Positions 17,827 through 28,589 of a DNA stretch of 64,000 nt are shown piece after piece. The position numbers and the translations under genes are program-made. The DNA is from Parcubacteria group bacterium (GTDB taxonomy: Bacteria > Patescibacteriota > Minisyncoccia > Moranbacterales > UBA9337). Position 1 is the stretch's first letter. Every line of letters starts with the position of its first letter. The notes below the pieces were generated by a model that saw only the letters and a program-made list of their open reading frames with translations, was not told where the DNA came from and made no database searches. Location of the stretch: assembly GCA_041662245.1 (NCBI GenBank), contig JBAZSW010000004.1, forward strand, positions 11,454 through 75,453, in the 5' to 3' direction.

Positions 17827-18612
17827 TTATTTTCTATCCCATTTGTACATATAGGGTATGCGCTTCCATATTCCCACAAGCCCATGTTTTTTAAATTCCC
17901 TAAATGTATTTAAAAATAGTTCCTTTGCTCTTTTAATTTTCAAAATCTTTAAAAGTGATTTATTCTCCTTTTCTTTTATTTTCCTAAATTCTTTTATTTT
18001 TGAGTTTATAACTTTATCTTTTTCCAAATCTCTTTTTTCTTTTTTTATAACAATAGTAAAACCATTTCCTACTTTATCGTCCACGTCTTGAAAGTCAATT
18101 ACTTTCCAGTTTAAATCAATCACTTCAATTAAATCCAGTAAACTCTCGGTTACCCAAAAAGAATAATGATTAGATTTTGGGACAGGAAAGATTCCTGTTT
18201 TATGCCTTTTTATAAGTTCCTCCGTGGTAGTTATAGGATTTTTTCTATCGAAAGTCCTTTCCTTATGAGGCACAATAATAAAAATATATCCACCCTCTCT
18301 CACTACTCGATACCATTCCTTCAGCGCTTTTATAGGATCAGAAAAATGTTCTAACACATGAGAATTAATCACAAAATCCTGCGAGTTATCTTCGATGGGC
18401 AAGTCATCTCCTTGTGCTACTATGTCCACTTTTAAAAAGTCTCCTCGCATCTCCAATTCTTCTCTTTTAAATACTGTTTCTTCTTCAGTATAATCAATAT
18501 TCTGCGTGTTAAGACCAAAAGGATTATGTGCAGATCCTCCAATCTCAAGTCCCTTTAGCCCATCTAAATATTTGTGAGCAAGTGCACTTTCGGGAAATTT
18601 TTTTTCTTTCAT
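17827..18612 (-). CDS. Class I SAM-dependent methyltransferase (Methyltransf_11-like).
   Basis: LEIGGSAHNPF motif I and DFVINSHVLEHFSDP...GGYIFIIVP. Confidence 0.75.
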   Translation of the reverse strand: MKEKKFPESALAHKYLDGLKGLEIGGSAHNPFGLNTQNIDYTEEETVFKREELEMRGDFLKVDIVAQGDDLPIEDNSQDFVINSHVLEHFSDPIKALKEWYRVVREGGYIFIIVPHKERTFDRKNPITTTEELIKRHKTGIFPVPKSNHYSFWVTESLLDLIEVIDLNWKVIDFQDVDDKVGNGFTIVIKKEKRDLEKDKVINSKIKEFRKIKEKENKSLLKILKIKRAKELFLNTFREFKKHGLVGIWKRIPYMYKWDRK

Positions 18613-18913
18613 TATCTTTTTTTATTAGTTATTTAGAGTATATTTAGTTTGTTTATTTTTTCTCTTGTACAAATTAAGCAACTTTGATTTAACTAAAATA
18701 AAATTAATTTTTTCTATAATTTATATTTTAAATCACCAAAGCTATCCTTTTTATTAAGTTTATCAAATTCTCGTTAACTTCACAAACATTATTGTTTGGA
18801 CAAGCACCTGTGCAATATTTGACCAAAAGTGTATCCTGCTATAATTTTTAAAGAATAATACCTTTAAAATACTAACACTTTATACTTTCTCTTAAATAAT
18901 CTATACTAGAAGT

Positions 18914-21067
18914 ATGTTAAATTTAGAGACAAAAATTAAGGAAACTTTTCATATCAAGCCATCTCAAGCAGAAAAGTTAAAGAAACTCGGTATTATTACG
19001 GTAGGTGATTTTCTATTTCATTTTCCAGCTCGTTATGATGATCTTTCGAAGCTAGTTAATATCGCAGATATAATTCCAGAGCAAAGCGCGACTGTAAACG
19101 GAGAAATAATAAAATTTAACCTAAAAAGAAGTTGGCATAAAAAAATTAGCATCATTGAAATTCAACTTCAAGATGAAACGGGAATTGTCCGCGCCACTTG
19201 GTTTAATCAAAAATATTTAATTGATGTTTTTAGTAAAAATAAATATATCCGCCTCAGCGGTAAGGCCAAGCTAGATAAAAATGGTTTTAACTTCTCCAAT
19301 CCAATCTGGGAAATATCCGACAAAAGCCCCAATCATACAGGACGAATTGTCCCAATTTATCCAGAAACCAAGGGCATTACTTCCAAATGGCTACGCTGGC
19401 AAATCGAAACTATTTTTAAAAATGATTTTGAGATTATCGATCCCCTTCCCAGTGAGATATTAAAAAAATATCATCTCCCTACTCTCAAGAAATCTCTTTT
19501 TGATATTCATTTTCCCAAATCAGAAGATTCTTATTTGGTAGCGCAAAAAAGATTTGCCTTTTTTGATATGTTTCTAATCCAACTGCATTCTTTACAAATC
19601 AAAAAACAACTCAAAAAAGAAAGTGCTCAAAAATTAGAATTTCCTGACTTGGAAATCAAAAAATTTCTCGATTCCCTACCCTTTGAATTAACTAATGACC
19701 AAAAAAAAGCTTTTAAAGAAATAAAAAAAGATTTAGAAAAATCCCATCCCATGAATCGCCTCTTAAATGGAGATGTGGGCTCCGGCAAAACCATCATTGC
19801 TCTTTTGGCAGCTCTTCAAACATCCATTAATGGCTTTCAGGTCGCCGTTATGGCGCCAACGGAAGTTTTAGCCTACCAACATTTCGAAAATTTTTCTAAA
19901 ATACTCTCTGCTTTTAATATTTCTGTGGGACTTCTTACCAATTCTTATAAGTTAGTCAACGGTTCGGAGTCAACAGTTCAGAGTAAAGAAAAATTGTTAT
20001 TAAAAAATTCGAAATTAGAAATTCAAAATTATTCCAATAATATTAAAAAGATTTCACGTGAAACAATGCTGGAGAAAATTAAAAATGGTGCTATTGATAT
20101 TGTTATCGGTACCCATGCCATCATTCAAAAAGATATTCGTTTTAAAAATTTGGCTCTTATTATTATCGATGAACAGCACCGATTTGGCGTTGCTCAAAGA
20201 AGTCATTTGCAACAAAAAATTACTGAAATAAATGATGGCTTAGCTAATAAAATTCCTCATTTTTTAACCATGACCGCCACTCCCATTCCTCGCACTATCT
20301 CGATGACCCTTTTGGGAAGTTTGGATGTCTCCTTAATAACCCAAATGCCTAAAAATAGAAAACCTATTATTACTCAAATGGTATTACCCAATAAACAGAA
20401 TGAAGTTTATAATTTTATTCGCAGTGAAATTAAAAAAGGCCATCAAGTCTTTGTTATCTTACCCCTAGTTGAAGAATCTGAAAAAATTACTGAAGTAAAA
20501 GCAGCTATCAGCGAACATGAGCGCCTTCTGCGAGATGTTTTTCCCGATCTAAGATTAGGCCTTTTGCATGGTCGAATGAAAAGCAAAGAGAAAGAAAAAA
20601 TAATGTTGGATTTTAAAAATAAAAAAACTGATATTCTTGTGTCCACTTCAGTTATCGAAGTAGGAATTGATATTCCCAATGCGACAGTAATGATAATCGA
20701 AGAAGCCTATCGATTTGGACTTTCTCAGCTTCATCAATTTCGTGGAAGAGTCGGACGTGGCGAAAATCAATCCTATTGTTTTTTGTTTTCTAAAAATTCC
20801 ACTGCTCGCCTAAAGACTCTAGAAAAATATACAGATGGATTTAAAGTTGCCCAAAAAGATTTAGAATTACGAGGTCCTGGAGATTTCCTCGGCACTCGCC
20901 AATCAGGACTAGCTGACTCTACGATGCAAAATATAACCAATATTAAAATGATAAAATTCGCCCTAGAGGAAGCTCAAACTATAATTAAAAAGGATATCTA
21001 TTTAAAAAAATATCCCCTCCTCAAAAAATCATTAGATAAAATGAGCCAAAATATTCATTTGGAGTAA
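18914..21067 (+). CDS. recG: ATP-dependent DNA helicase RecG.
   Basis: Wedge/OB N-terminal region. Helicase motifs GDVGSGKT, DEQHRFGV and QLHQFRGRVGRG. 717 aa. Confidence 0.9.
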   Translation: MLNLETKIKETFHIKPSQAEKLKKLGIITVGDFLFHFPARYDDLSKLVNIADIIPEQSATVNGEIIKFNLKRSWHKKISIIEIQLQDETGIVRATWFNQKYLIDVFSKNKYIRLSGKAKLDKNGFNFSNPIWEISDKSPNHTGRIVPIYPETKGITSKWLRWQIETIFKNDFEIIDPLPSEILKKYHLPTLKKSLFDIHFPKSEDSYLVAQKRFAFFDMFLIQLHSLQIKKQLKKESAQKLEFPDLEIKKFLDSLPFELTNDQKKAFKEIKKDLEKSHPMNRLLNGDVGSGKTIIALLAALQTSINGFQVAVMAPTEVLAYQHFENFSKILSAFNISVGLLTNSYKLVNGSESTVQSKEKLLLKNSKLEIQNYSNNIKKISRETMLEKIKNGAIDIVIGTHAIIQKDIRFKNLALIIIDEQHRFGVAQRSHLQQKITEINDGLANKIPHFLTMTATPIPRTISMTLLGSLDVSLITQMPKNRKPIITQMVLPNKQNEVYNFIRSEIKKGHQVFVILPLVEESEKITEVKAAISEHERLLRDVFPDLRLGLLHGRMKSKEKEKIMLDFKNKKTDILVSTSVIEVGIDIPNATVMIIEEAYRFGLSQLHQFRGRVGRGENQSYCFLFSKNSTARLKTLEKYTDGFKVAQKDLELRGPGDFLGTRQSGLADSTMQNITNIKMIKFALEEAQTIIKKDIYLKKYPLLKKSLDKMSQNIHLE

Positions 21068-21086
21068 CAATGTGGTAAATTTTTAA

Positions 21087-21126
21087 AGGGGTGGCATTCT
21101 GCTAAATGCTACCCCTTCTTTTTTAG
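21087..21126. terminator. Bidirectional rho-independent terminator (aggggtggcattctgctaaatgctacccct + T-tract).
   Basis: GC-rich imperfect hairpin followed by tctttttt. Lies between convergent recG and the 109-aa ORF. Confidence 0.65.
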
Positions 21127-21452
21127 AAAAAACTCCTTTCATCTGACAATTTAATGTCAGTCGGAACTATAATTGTTTTATCTTTATGGACTTTCCCTCT
21201 CTGGTGAGGAATGTGAAATTTGATAATCACATCACCAGTTTTGGGCAGATAATTGTCTACCCTTAGATGAACTTCATTTTGAAAAATTTCCATTCCTCCG
21301 AAATGATTATACAATCCATCTGGATCTTCAAGTTCAAAATTATGAGAAGCTACCATCTCTTTCTCTTCAAAAAGACTTATAAGAAAAATGTTTTGGTCTT
21401 TTACTGCCATAGCTATCATGCCATAATTTTTTTTACCAAATTCAAATTTCAT
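21123..21452 (-). CDS. Hypothetical protein (109 aa).
   Basis: ORF only; no recognisable motif. Confidence 0.35.
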   Translation of the reverse strand: MKFEFGKKNYGMIAMAVKDQNIFLISLFEEKEMVASHNFELEDPDGLYNHFGGMEIFQNEVHLRVDNYLPKTGDVIIKFHIPHQRGKVHKDKTIIVPTDIKLSDERSFF

Positions 21453-22015
21453 CCGTTCTCTCCATTCTCATACTTTTTAATAAAAAATGAACAAGTCCCC
21501 TTCTGACTATAACCCATTTATTGTAATATAATATCTGAAGTTAATCAAATTCGGTATAATTAACAGTACCGCCCAATGGCTTATTGGTACATTGCCCTAT
21601 CCTCTTGTCAGTTTATCACTAACAATGTATAATATCATATAGATACAATTTAATCAAGTATTGATGTGGTCTCACCAACCATGGAGCTTGTGTTTTTAGG
21701 GATTTAGCAAGATAAATCCCAAAAAGTCGCCCAAATAAAATCGGGAAGCTAAGTGGAACCGTCCAAGCTTTGGACCTTAGCAATTCATAATTTTGTTTTG
21801 GCGTTTTTTTATTTTTTATTAAAGGCAAAGCCGAAGGCGGGTTTCACAAATTAAACAATCAGCTATATCTAAATAAATACTAGGTTTTGTTGCGGGAGAT
21901 TTATCCACAAGGTCGAAATGACAAACTCGAATGATTCATTGAAAAATTAAGCCTCTCTCGGCACTTTTTCAATTACCAAAAAATAACTAAATAATAATTT
22001 TAACACATAAATAAT

Positions 22016-23758
22016 ATGAATAAAGAAAACAAAAATGAAATTTTAAAACATTCTACAGCTCACATTTTGGCTGCAGCTGTTTTGGATATGTTTCCCGAGG
22101 CTAAATTTGGAATCGGACCAGCCATTGAGGAAGGCTTTTATTACGATTTTGAATTGCCTCGAACTCTCATTCCTGAAGATTTAGAAATTCTCGAAGAAAA
22201 AATGCAAAATATTATCAAGGAAAATCATCTTTTTGAAAGAAGGGAGATTTCTATTGAAGAAGCCTTGGAGCATTTTACGAAACTTAACCAAACTTACAAA
22301 ATTGAATTAATCAATGATTTAAAAAACGCAGGCGAAACCACTGTGTCCGTTTACAAATCTGGACATTTTACTGATCTTTGCCGAGGACCGCATGTTGAGT
22401 CTACTAAAGAAATAAATTCACAAGCTTTCAAATTAACCAAGATTTCTGGCGCTTATTGGAAAGCAGACGAAAAGAACACTCAATTGCAAAGAATCTACGG
22501 AGTAGTTTTTAGCGATAAAAAAGAATTGAAAGAATATTTACATCAACAAGAGCAGGCTAAGCTAAGAGACCATAGAAAAATTGGAAAAGAATTGGATTTA
22601 TTTTCTTTTCATGAAGTGGCTCCAGGCATGCCGTTTTTTCATCCTCGTGGAACTATCATTTATAATGAGTTAAAAAATTTCTGGATTGAAACTCAAAAAG
22701 AATTTAGTTATGAAACAATTCTCTGTCCTTCTATGTTGGACGTCTCTATTTGGAAAAAATCAGGACATTGGGATCATTACAAGGATGATATGTATTTCGT
22801 AAGTGCTGGAGAAAATGAAAAGCAGTTTGCATTACGTCCAATGGATTGCCCAGGAGCAATCTTGGTTTATAATAATTCTCTGAAGTCATATCGAGACTTG
22901 CCCCTACGCTACGCTGAGCCAGGCTTAATTACTCGTAAGGAAAAATCCGGACAACTCGGAGGATTACTTCGCGTTCAACAATTTACTCAAGATGATGCTC
23001 ATATTTTCATTAGCACAGATCAAATCAAAGAGGAAATTAAGAACGTAATCCAACTAATAGACAAAATCTACAAACCATTTGGCTTAGAATACAAAGCCTA
23101 TCTCTCTACTCGCCCAGAAGACTTTATGGGTAAAATAGAAGATTGGGACAAGGCTGAAGAATCTTTAAAAAAAATACTCGAAGAATTATATGACGGCAAT
23201 TACGGCCTTAAAGAAAAAGATGGAGCGTTTTATGGTCCAAAAATTGATTTTCAATTAAAAGATGCTATTGGAAGAACGTGGCAATGTGCCACGATTCAAC
23301 TAGACTTTCAAATGCCTCTCAAATTCGATTGCAAATACATAGACAAAGATGGGAAAGAAAAGACACCTGTTTTGATTCATCGAACCATAATGGGCTCTTT
23401 TGAGCGCTTTATGGGAATTCTAATTGAGCACTACGCCGGAGCTTTCCCAACTTGGCTTTCCCCCATTCAAGTAGCTATCGTACCTGTGAGTGAAAAATTC
23501 AATGACTACGCCAATGACGTAAAAAATAAACTTATAACCAGTGGGATTCGAATACACTTAAACATAAAAGATGAAAGCCTAGGTAAAAGAATCCGCGAAG
23601 AGGAAAAATTAAAAGTTCCTCATATCCTCATAATTGGAGAAAAGGAAGTTGCTGACAGCACTGTGACTGTGCGCTCACGTGGAGTGAAAAAACAAAAAAC
23701 TTTAGGAGTGGAAGAATTTGTGAGTCAAATTATGAAAGAAGTGGCTAACAAAAAATAA
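22016..23758 (+). CDS. thrS: Threonine--tRNA ligase (short form lacking the N-terminal TGS domain).
   Basis: HSTAHILAAAV editing-domain start. Class II motifs FRVQQFTQDDAHIF, HRTIMGSFERFMGILIEHYAG, and the anticodon-binding C-terminus. Confidence 0.92.
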   Translation: MNKENKNEILKHSTAHILAAAVLDMFPEAKFGIGPAIEEGFYYDFELPRTLIPEDLEILEEKMQNIIKENHLFERREISIEEALEHFTKLNQTYKIELINDLKNAGETTVSVYKSGHFTDLCRGPHVESTKEINSQAFKLTKISGAYWKADEKNTQLQRIYGVVFSDKKELKEYLHQQEQAKLRDHRKIGKELDLFSFHEVAPGMPFFHPRGTIIYNELKNFWIETQKEFSYETILCPSMLDVSIWKKSGHWDHYKDDMYFVSAGENEKQFALRPMDCPGAILVYNNSLKSYRDLPLRYAEPGLITRKEKSGQLGGLLRVQQFTQDDAHIFISTDQIKEEIKNVIQLIDKIYKPFGLEYKAYLSTRPEDFMGKIEDWDKAEESLKKILEELYDGNYGLKEKDGAFYGPKIDFQLKDAIGRTWQCATIQLDFQMPLKFDCKYIDKDGKEKTPVLIHRTIMGSFERFMGILIEHYAGAFPTWLSPIQVAIVPVSEKFNDYANDVKNKLITSGIRIHLNIKDESLGKRIREEEKLKVPHILIIGEKEVADSTVTVRSRGVKKQKTLGVEEFVSQIMKEVANKK

Positions 23759-23791
23759 AAAAGTCCTTAAAATATAAAGCTCTCTCGCTCC

Positions 23792-24224
23792 TGTCATCCT
23801 CGCGAATGCGGGGATCTCCTGTAAGTTAAATAAATAAAATAATATGAAACATTATTACGTTTATATTTTAACAAATAAAAAGGATGGCGTTCTATATATT
23901 GGAATTACTAATAATCTAGAGCGAAGGGTTTGTGAGCACAAAAATAAAAAAATAAAAGGATTCACAGAAAAATATAATTTAGATAAATTAATTTTTTATG
24001 AAGAGACTAACGACGTGGCATTTGCTATCCAAAGAGAAAAGCAGTTGAAAAAATGGAATAGAAAATGGAAAATAGATTTAATAGAAAAAGATAATCCAAA
24101 TTGGACAGACTTGGCAAGTAGCTGGTATGGAGATTAAATGTAGAGATCCCCGATAAATTAATTTCTGAAGTTCTCCGCCGGCTGGCGGATCGCTAAGAAA
24201 TTATATTTTCGAGGATGACACACT
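23792..24224 (+). mobile_element. Mini-element carrying a GIY-YIG nuclease gene. Bounded by inverted termini tgtcatcctcg..cggggatctc (left 23792-23819; right 24141-24224 as reverse complement).
   Basis: Exact 11-bp terminal inverted repeat tgtcatcctcg/cgaggatgaca plus an inner cggggatctc/gagatccccg. Related solo copies of the right-end region (R3) occur at 27530-27597, 53359-53450 and 54645-54716. Confidence 0.55.
23844..24137 (+). CDS. GIY-YIG nuclease family protein (YhbQ/UPF0213-like, 97 aa).
   Basis: N-terminal YYVYILTNKKDGVLYIGITNNLERRVCEHK GIY-YIG signature. Confidence 0.85.
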   Translation: MKHYYVYILTNKKDGVLYIGITNNLERRVCEHKNKKIKGFTEKYNLDKLIFYEETNDVAFAIQREKQLKKWNRKWKIDLIEKDNPNWTDLASSWYGD

Positions 24225-24341
24225 GAAAAACAATTTTTATTCTTAAAAAGTATATGCCTAGGTATATACTTTTTAATTTGAATTTTATTTTTTATTTCAA
24301 TACCCAAAAAACTACTGCCTACAAGCTACCTACACTGAATT

Positions 24342-26072
24342 CTACCATCCTCCGCCACCGCCTCCACCACCGCCACCTCCAGCTCCACCGCCACCTCCTG
24401 AACCCGAAGGAGCAGAAGTATTGGCAGAAATACTCTCCGATAAACTCGTCATTGCAGAAGAAAAGTTATTAGCATCAAACGTTCCTAAGCTGCTACCTAC
24501 ATACCAAGCTGGCACATGTGTAGCAAAATATTCTTCCCCGTAAATTTCTTTTATTTTTTTTATCCAAATATCCGTAATTTCAAATAAAATCGCGTAAGGA
24601 AGAAACTTCTCAAAAATATTTTCTTCTTCATAAAACTTCGCCCTATCTTTATCCACTGTTTCCATAAAAAGTTTAAAACCATCAATTTGCCACTTCATTT
24701 GGGCTCCCTCTGTAGTCCGTTTGGGCATAATAAAACTAAAAATCAAAAAAATTATACTAGCAGAAATCGTTGCTAAGGCCAAACCTACAGAAACACTAAA
24801 TAACATCATTCCTCCAAAGATAGTCAAAAAACAAAGAATCTGAAAAGCTGTCGCAAAAGAAAGTCCTGATTTTACAATTAAATTTTTGTTAATTAATATT
24901 TCAGTCCCTTTTTTCTTAACATCGGCCAAAACTTTATAAAAACTATTTTTTAATGAAGACAAAGTTACAATATTACCCGCACTAAATACTTCATCTAAAA
25001 TAGCTTTCTGAGCTTCATTTAAGCCCTTTTCAGCCTCGGCATTATTAGTTCGAGTAAACTCATAATCTTTGGAATGAAAAAATAATATTTTATTATCCAC
25101 TTCCCTTATAGTTAAAATTTTCTGAGTGGCAAAATTGATTATCTCGGCTGTAATAAAATTATTTTTAAAAGTTCCATTACTAAGCAACAACCCCATCTCT
25201 AGAGGAGACATTCCCTTGGGTGCTTCATACTCGGCAATGACAGTTTTATCCAGCTTGGGATCTTTGCCATATTTCTGCCAAAGCCTAAAGCAAATAGAAA
25301 AAATAATAACAGGAATCAGGAGAGAAAAATATTTTCCATATTTTTCCCAAAAACTAGGAATGTAAGGAGTGAAAATATTTTTAGGAAAAGTTACTGCAGC
25401 GGTAATTCCCTGTCCTACCGCTAACGTCCCTATTGAGTTAACTTCCAACATATTACTATTCATCCATTTAAAATCAGCCAAAATATTCCCTTTTTCACCC
25501 AAAAAACCAGAATATATATCCACAGTACTATTTTCTTTTTTTACTTCTTCAGGAAAAATTATTTCAATGCGTGCACTATCAATTTCCAAATCCCAAAAAT
25601 TTCCTGTTAAATTCCAGTAGAATTCATCAAAATTATTATTATAAAAACGAATAGCATTTTTTACTCTATATTTAATTACATAAATGTGTGTGCCTTGGAC
25701 AGTTGTGCTGGCATCTCCAATTTTCCAAGTTACAGTATTATCACTACTGTTTTTAGACTCGGTAAATTTATAGTCATTACCATTTTCGTCTTTAATACTA
25801 ATAAGATCAATGGGAGTTTTCACAGTCCCCTTGCCATCAATATTTATTTTTTCAGGCAATATTCGAAATATTCCATGTTTACCAATAGCTTCACCACAAT
25901 CAGCCACAATCTTTTCAGTGATATTCAAACTAGAATCTCGATTAATAACTATTTGAGAATCTAATCTTTTTACATACCAATCAGTAACGTTTTCGCGAGC
26001 CAGAGAATCTCCAACAAATAAAAATTGTGTGGCAAATAAGGCTAAAATTAGTTTGAAATAAATGTTTTTCAT
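24342..26072 (-). CDS. DUF2207-domain membrane protein with a C-terminal poly-Gly tail.
   Basis: Signal/TM at the N-terminus and a central TM pair. Long extracytoplasmic N-domain. C-terminal SGSGGGGGAGGGGGGGGGGGW typical of DUF2207 proteins. Confidence 0.7.
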   Translation of the reverse strand: MKNIYFKLILALFATQFLFVGDSLARENVTDWYVKRLDSQIVINRDSSLNITEKIVADCGEAIGKHGIFRILPEKINIDGKGTVKTPIDLISIKDENGNDYKFTESKNSSDNTVTWKIGDASTTVQGTHIYVIKYRVKNAIRFYNNNFDEFYWNLTGNFWDLEIDSARIEIIFPEEVKKENSTVDIYSGFLGEKGNILADFKWMNSNMLEVNSIGTLAVGQGITAAVTFPKNIFTPYIPSFWEKYGKYFSLLIPVIIFSICFRLWQKYGKDPKLDKTVIAEYEAPKGMSPLEMGLLLSNGTFKNNFITAEIINFATQKILTIREVDNKILFFHSKDYEFTRTNNAEAEKGLNEAQKAILDEVFSAGNIVTLSSLKNSFYKVLADVKKKGTEILINKNLIVKSGLSFATAFQILCFLTIFGGMMLFSVSVGLALATISASIIFLIFSFIMPKRTTEGAQMKWQIDGFKLFMETVDKDRAKFYEEENIFEKFLPYAILFEITDIWIKKIKEIYGEEYFATHVPAWYVGSSLGTFDANNFSSAMTSLSESISANTSAPSGSGGGGGAGGGGGGGGGGGW

Positions 26073-26172
26073 AATTTATTATAATGTATTAAGTATCATG
26101 TATTAAGTATAAATAATAATATTTGTCTTATCTTTTCTATTTTACCTTACAAACATTAAGAACTTTAAAACT

Positions 26173-26790
26173 TTATAAACTTTTAATTTTTGGTTTTCTG
26201 ATTATAAAAAACAATCCAACTGCTACAATTGCACCCAATGTATCCGCCAGCATGTCTTTTTGTGCATCCCAAATATCTCCTTGGCTTCCCAAATAGGCTG
26301 CTCCAGCCACTGGATCAGATAAAGATGCATAAATCCATTCAATCAACTCATAACTCATCGCGATGGTCGCAATCACAAAAATTGGATAAGTAAATAATAA
26401 AAATTTGTTACCTACTAATCTTTTATTCCAAATCCACTCTGCTATTGCAAAGGCATAAAATCCCACTGAAAAATGAGCTATCCTATCAAAATGATTTCTC
26501 GAAAAGCCAAAAAAATCCGTCACCCAATCAAAAGGTACCCGCTCGAAAGTCCAATGTCCACCAATAGTGTGGAGATAAATAAGTACAAACATTAGCGCAT
26601 ACGCCATTTTGGAAAAACGAATTCCACCCCAATATATTCCCAAAATTAAAGCTAAAATAATCCATACCGTTAAATTTTCCACAAACCAAGTTGCTCTGTC
26701 CAATGGGTTAAAAGCTAAAACTAAGAACAAAACTGCATAACCTATCATTAAATACTTTAAAAAAAATTCTGATTCTTTTTTCTTTTGCAT
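26173..26790 (-). CDS. Hypothetical polytopic membrane protein (possibly YjdF/DUF2238-like).
   Basis: 205 aa with ~6 TM helices. Family call is from memory only. Confidence 0.4.
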   Translation of the reverse strand: MQKKKESEFFLKYLMIGYAVLFLVLAFNPLDRATWFVENLTVWIILALILGIYWGGIRFSKMAYALMFVLIYLHTIGGHWTFERVPFDWVTDFFGFSRNHFDRIAHFSVGFYAFAIAEWIWNKRLVGNKFLLFTYPIFVIATIAMSYELIEWIYASLSDPVAGAAYLGSQGDIWDAQKDMLADTLGAIVAVGLFFIIRKPKIKSL

Positions 26791-27001
26791 AATATTTTTT
26801 AAATTTTATTTTCTCCTTTATATTCTATCACAATTGACTAACAAAACAACAAAAATACTATTTTATCTGTATTTTTTTGGATATTTTAAAACATAGAATT
26901 CTACCTATTTTATATCGAAGACTATTGATTTTATAAGAAATTTTCAATAAAAAATCTTCACCAATTCAATCGATGAAGATTTTATGCGTCCTACCTTCTT
27001 T

Positions 27002-27352
27002 TCAGGAAAAACATGTATTAGCCATATCCATTTTTATTTCTTGCACAATTTTTTTAATCTGAAATATATCTTTCTCATCACAAACTGATTCTCGAGCGGC
27101 CGCTATCCTCTTTGACAAATTGTCCAATTTTTCTCTATCAGTACACTTAAGGTCTTCTGCTAAAAAAATCGTGACACGCTCTGCCAAATGTTTTAATTCC
27201 GGCAAAGCCCACCAACCAACTGCTATGTGAGTTGCCTCGTCACGTTCTTTTTTAATCCGCCTAATTTTTAATATTCCGTAAACTATAGGAAAAATTATCA
27301 AAAAAAATATCAAAAAAAATCCGAAAAATACAGGGAAGGAAAATGTATGCAT
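27002..27352 (-). CDS. Hypothetical membrane-anchored protein (116 aa).
   Basis: N-terminal TM helix followed by a charged helical domain. Confidence 0.4.
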   Translation of the reverse strand: MHTFSFPVFFGFFLIFFLIIFPIVYGILKIRRIKKERDEATHIAVGWWALPELKHLAERVTIFLAEDLKCTDREKLDNLSKRIAAARESVCDEKDIFQIKKIVQEIKMDMANTCFS

Positions 27353-27484
27353 GGCTTACTCCTTATAAATAAGGTTTAAAAAAAGAACAACTGAATATAA
27401 TAATCCCCCTAATTAAAATCCATGTTTTTATTATACTATTTTTTACCATTTTTAACTAACTTTTTAATAATGGAAAAATTAAAA

Positions 27485-27514
27485 GCAAAAACACGGTTTC
27501 ATCCGTGTCTTTTG
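27485..27514. terminator. Hairpin terminator (acacgg tttcat ccgtgt, then cttttg / on the minus strand tttttgctttt).
   Basis: 6-bp GC-containing stem with T-tracts on both strands, ~135 nt downstream of efp. Confidence 0.5.
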
Positions 27515-27529
27515 AAATATTGTTTTTAA

Positions 27530-27597
27530 TGTCAGAGATTCCTCCACTTCTAAATTTTTGACTACAAAAATTTATTCGGTCGGAATGACAATACCAA
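27530..27597 (+). repeat. R3 repeat (solo copy of the right-terminal region of the GIY-YIG element).
   Basis: tcagagattcctccacttctaaatttttgactacaaaaatttattcggtcggaatgacaatacc. ~80% identical to 54645-54716 and to the reverse complement of 53359-53450. Confidence 0.7.
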
Positions 27598-27648
27598 AAC
27601 ATTTACACCGACTCTAGCATTTTCAATATCTAGAATATTTAAAACATC

Positions 27649-28206
27649 CTATGCTCTAGAAACATATTCACCCTTATCTGTATTTACAATAATTTTATCC
27701 CCTTCATTTACAAATAAAGGAGTAGTAATCTTAGCTCCAGTTTCTACTGTTACGAGCTTATCTCCACTGGACGCGGTATCACCTTTAATCCCTGGGGGAG
27801 CATAAGTCACAGTTAAAGTTACCTTAACAGGAAGTTCGATATTGATTGGGTTACCATTAAAATTGATAATAGCCACCTCTACTCCTTCAACTAAATACAA
27901 GGCTAAATCTCCAATAACTTTTTTAGGCAGAGAAAATTGATCATAGGTTTTACTGTCCATAAAAGCAAAACCATCTCCATCTTGATAGAGATACTGGGCA
28001 TAAGTTTTTTCTATATCAGCCTCATTTACTTTGTCAGCTCCTTGAAAAGTTTTTTCTAGAACTGCTCCTGTCATCAAATTTTTCAATTTGGTGCGAAGCA
28101 CTGCTCCTGCTCTTCCCATTTTAGAATGTTCATCCCAAAGTACCTTGTAAGGCTCCCCTTCCAAAACAATATTTTTTCCTGATTTTATTTTTGAGATATT
28201 TAACAT
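27649..28206 (-). CDS. efp: Elongation factor P.
   Basis: EF-P N-terminal KOW region (MGRAGAVLRTKLKNLMTGAVLEKTF) and two OB domains. 185 aa. Confidence 0.9.
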   Translation of the reverse strand: MLNISKIKSGKNIVLEGEPYKVLWDEHSKMGRAGAVLRTKLKNLMTGAVLEKTFQGADKVNEADIEKTYAQYLYQDGDGFAFMDSKTYDQFSLPKKVIGDLALYLVEGVEVAIINFNGNPINIELPVKVTLTVTYAPPGIKGDTASSGDKLVTVETGAKITTPLFVNEGDKIIVNTDKGEYVSRA

Positions 28207-28310
28207 TTAAAGTTAATTTCAAATTTTAAATTTCAAATTTTAAATGAAATCCTAATTGATAAATTAATAAATTCAAATTTGATTCGAAATTATAAATTCG
28301 AAATTCGAAA

Positions 28311-28520
28311 TTATTTAATAACTATTGGTGTTAATGCCATTATCCTAGATTGCTTGATAGCTCTAGTTAAAGTTCTTTGATGACGAGCGCAAGTCCCAAA
28401 TCTTCTAGGCGGATAAATTTTTCCTTGAGAGTTAACGAATCTTCTTAGCAACTCTGCATTTTTATAGTCAATTTTATCTATTTTATCTTGACAAAACTGG
28501 CAGGTCTTTTTTTCTAACAT
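28311..28520 (-). CDS. rpsR: 30S ribosomal protein S18.
   Basis: [49 protein letters not shown]18 signature. rpsF-ssb-rpsR order. Confidence 0.9.
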   Translation of the reverse strand: MLEKKTCQFCQDKIDKIDYKNAELLRRFVNSQGKIYPPRRFGTCARHQRTLTRAIKQSRIMALTPIVIK

Positions 28521-28589
28521 TGGATTTGAAGCTTAAAATTATATTAAATTTGATTTAATACAATGAGCTAATAATTCTATTTAAATTAA

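Noticed and set aside
21460-22015. T-box or other leader riboswitch upstream of thrS
   Set aside because: The T-box-like string gggcggtac occurs only on the opposite strand, and no specifier/antiterminator architecture is visible. A structured ncRNA cannot be excluded without covariance search, so none is reported.
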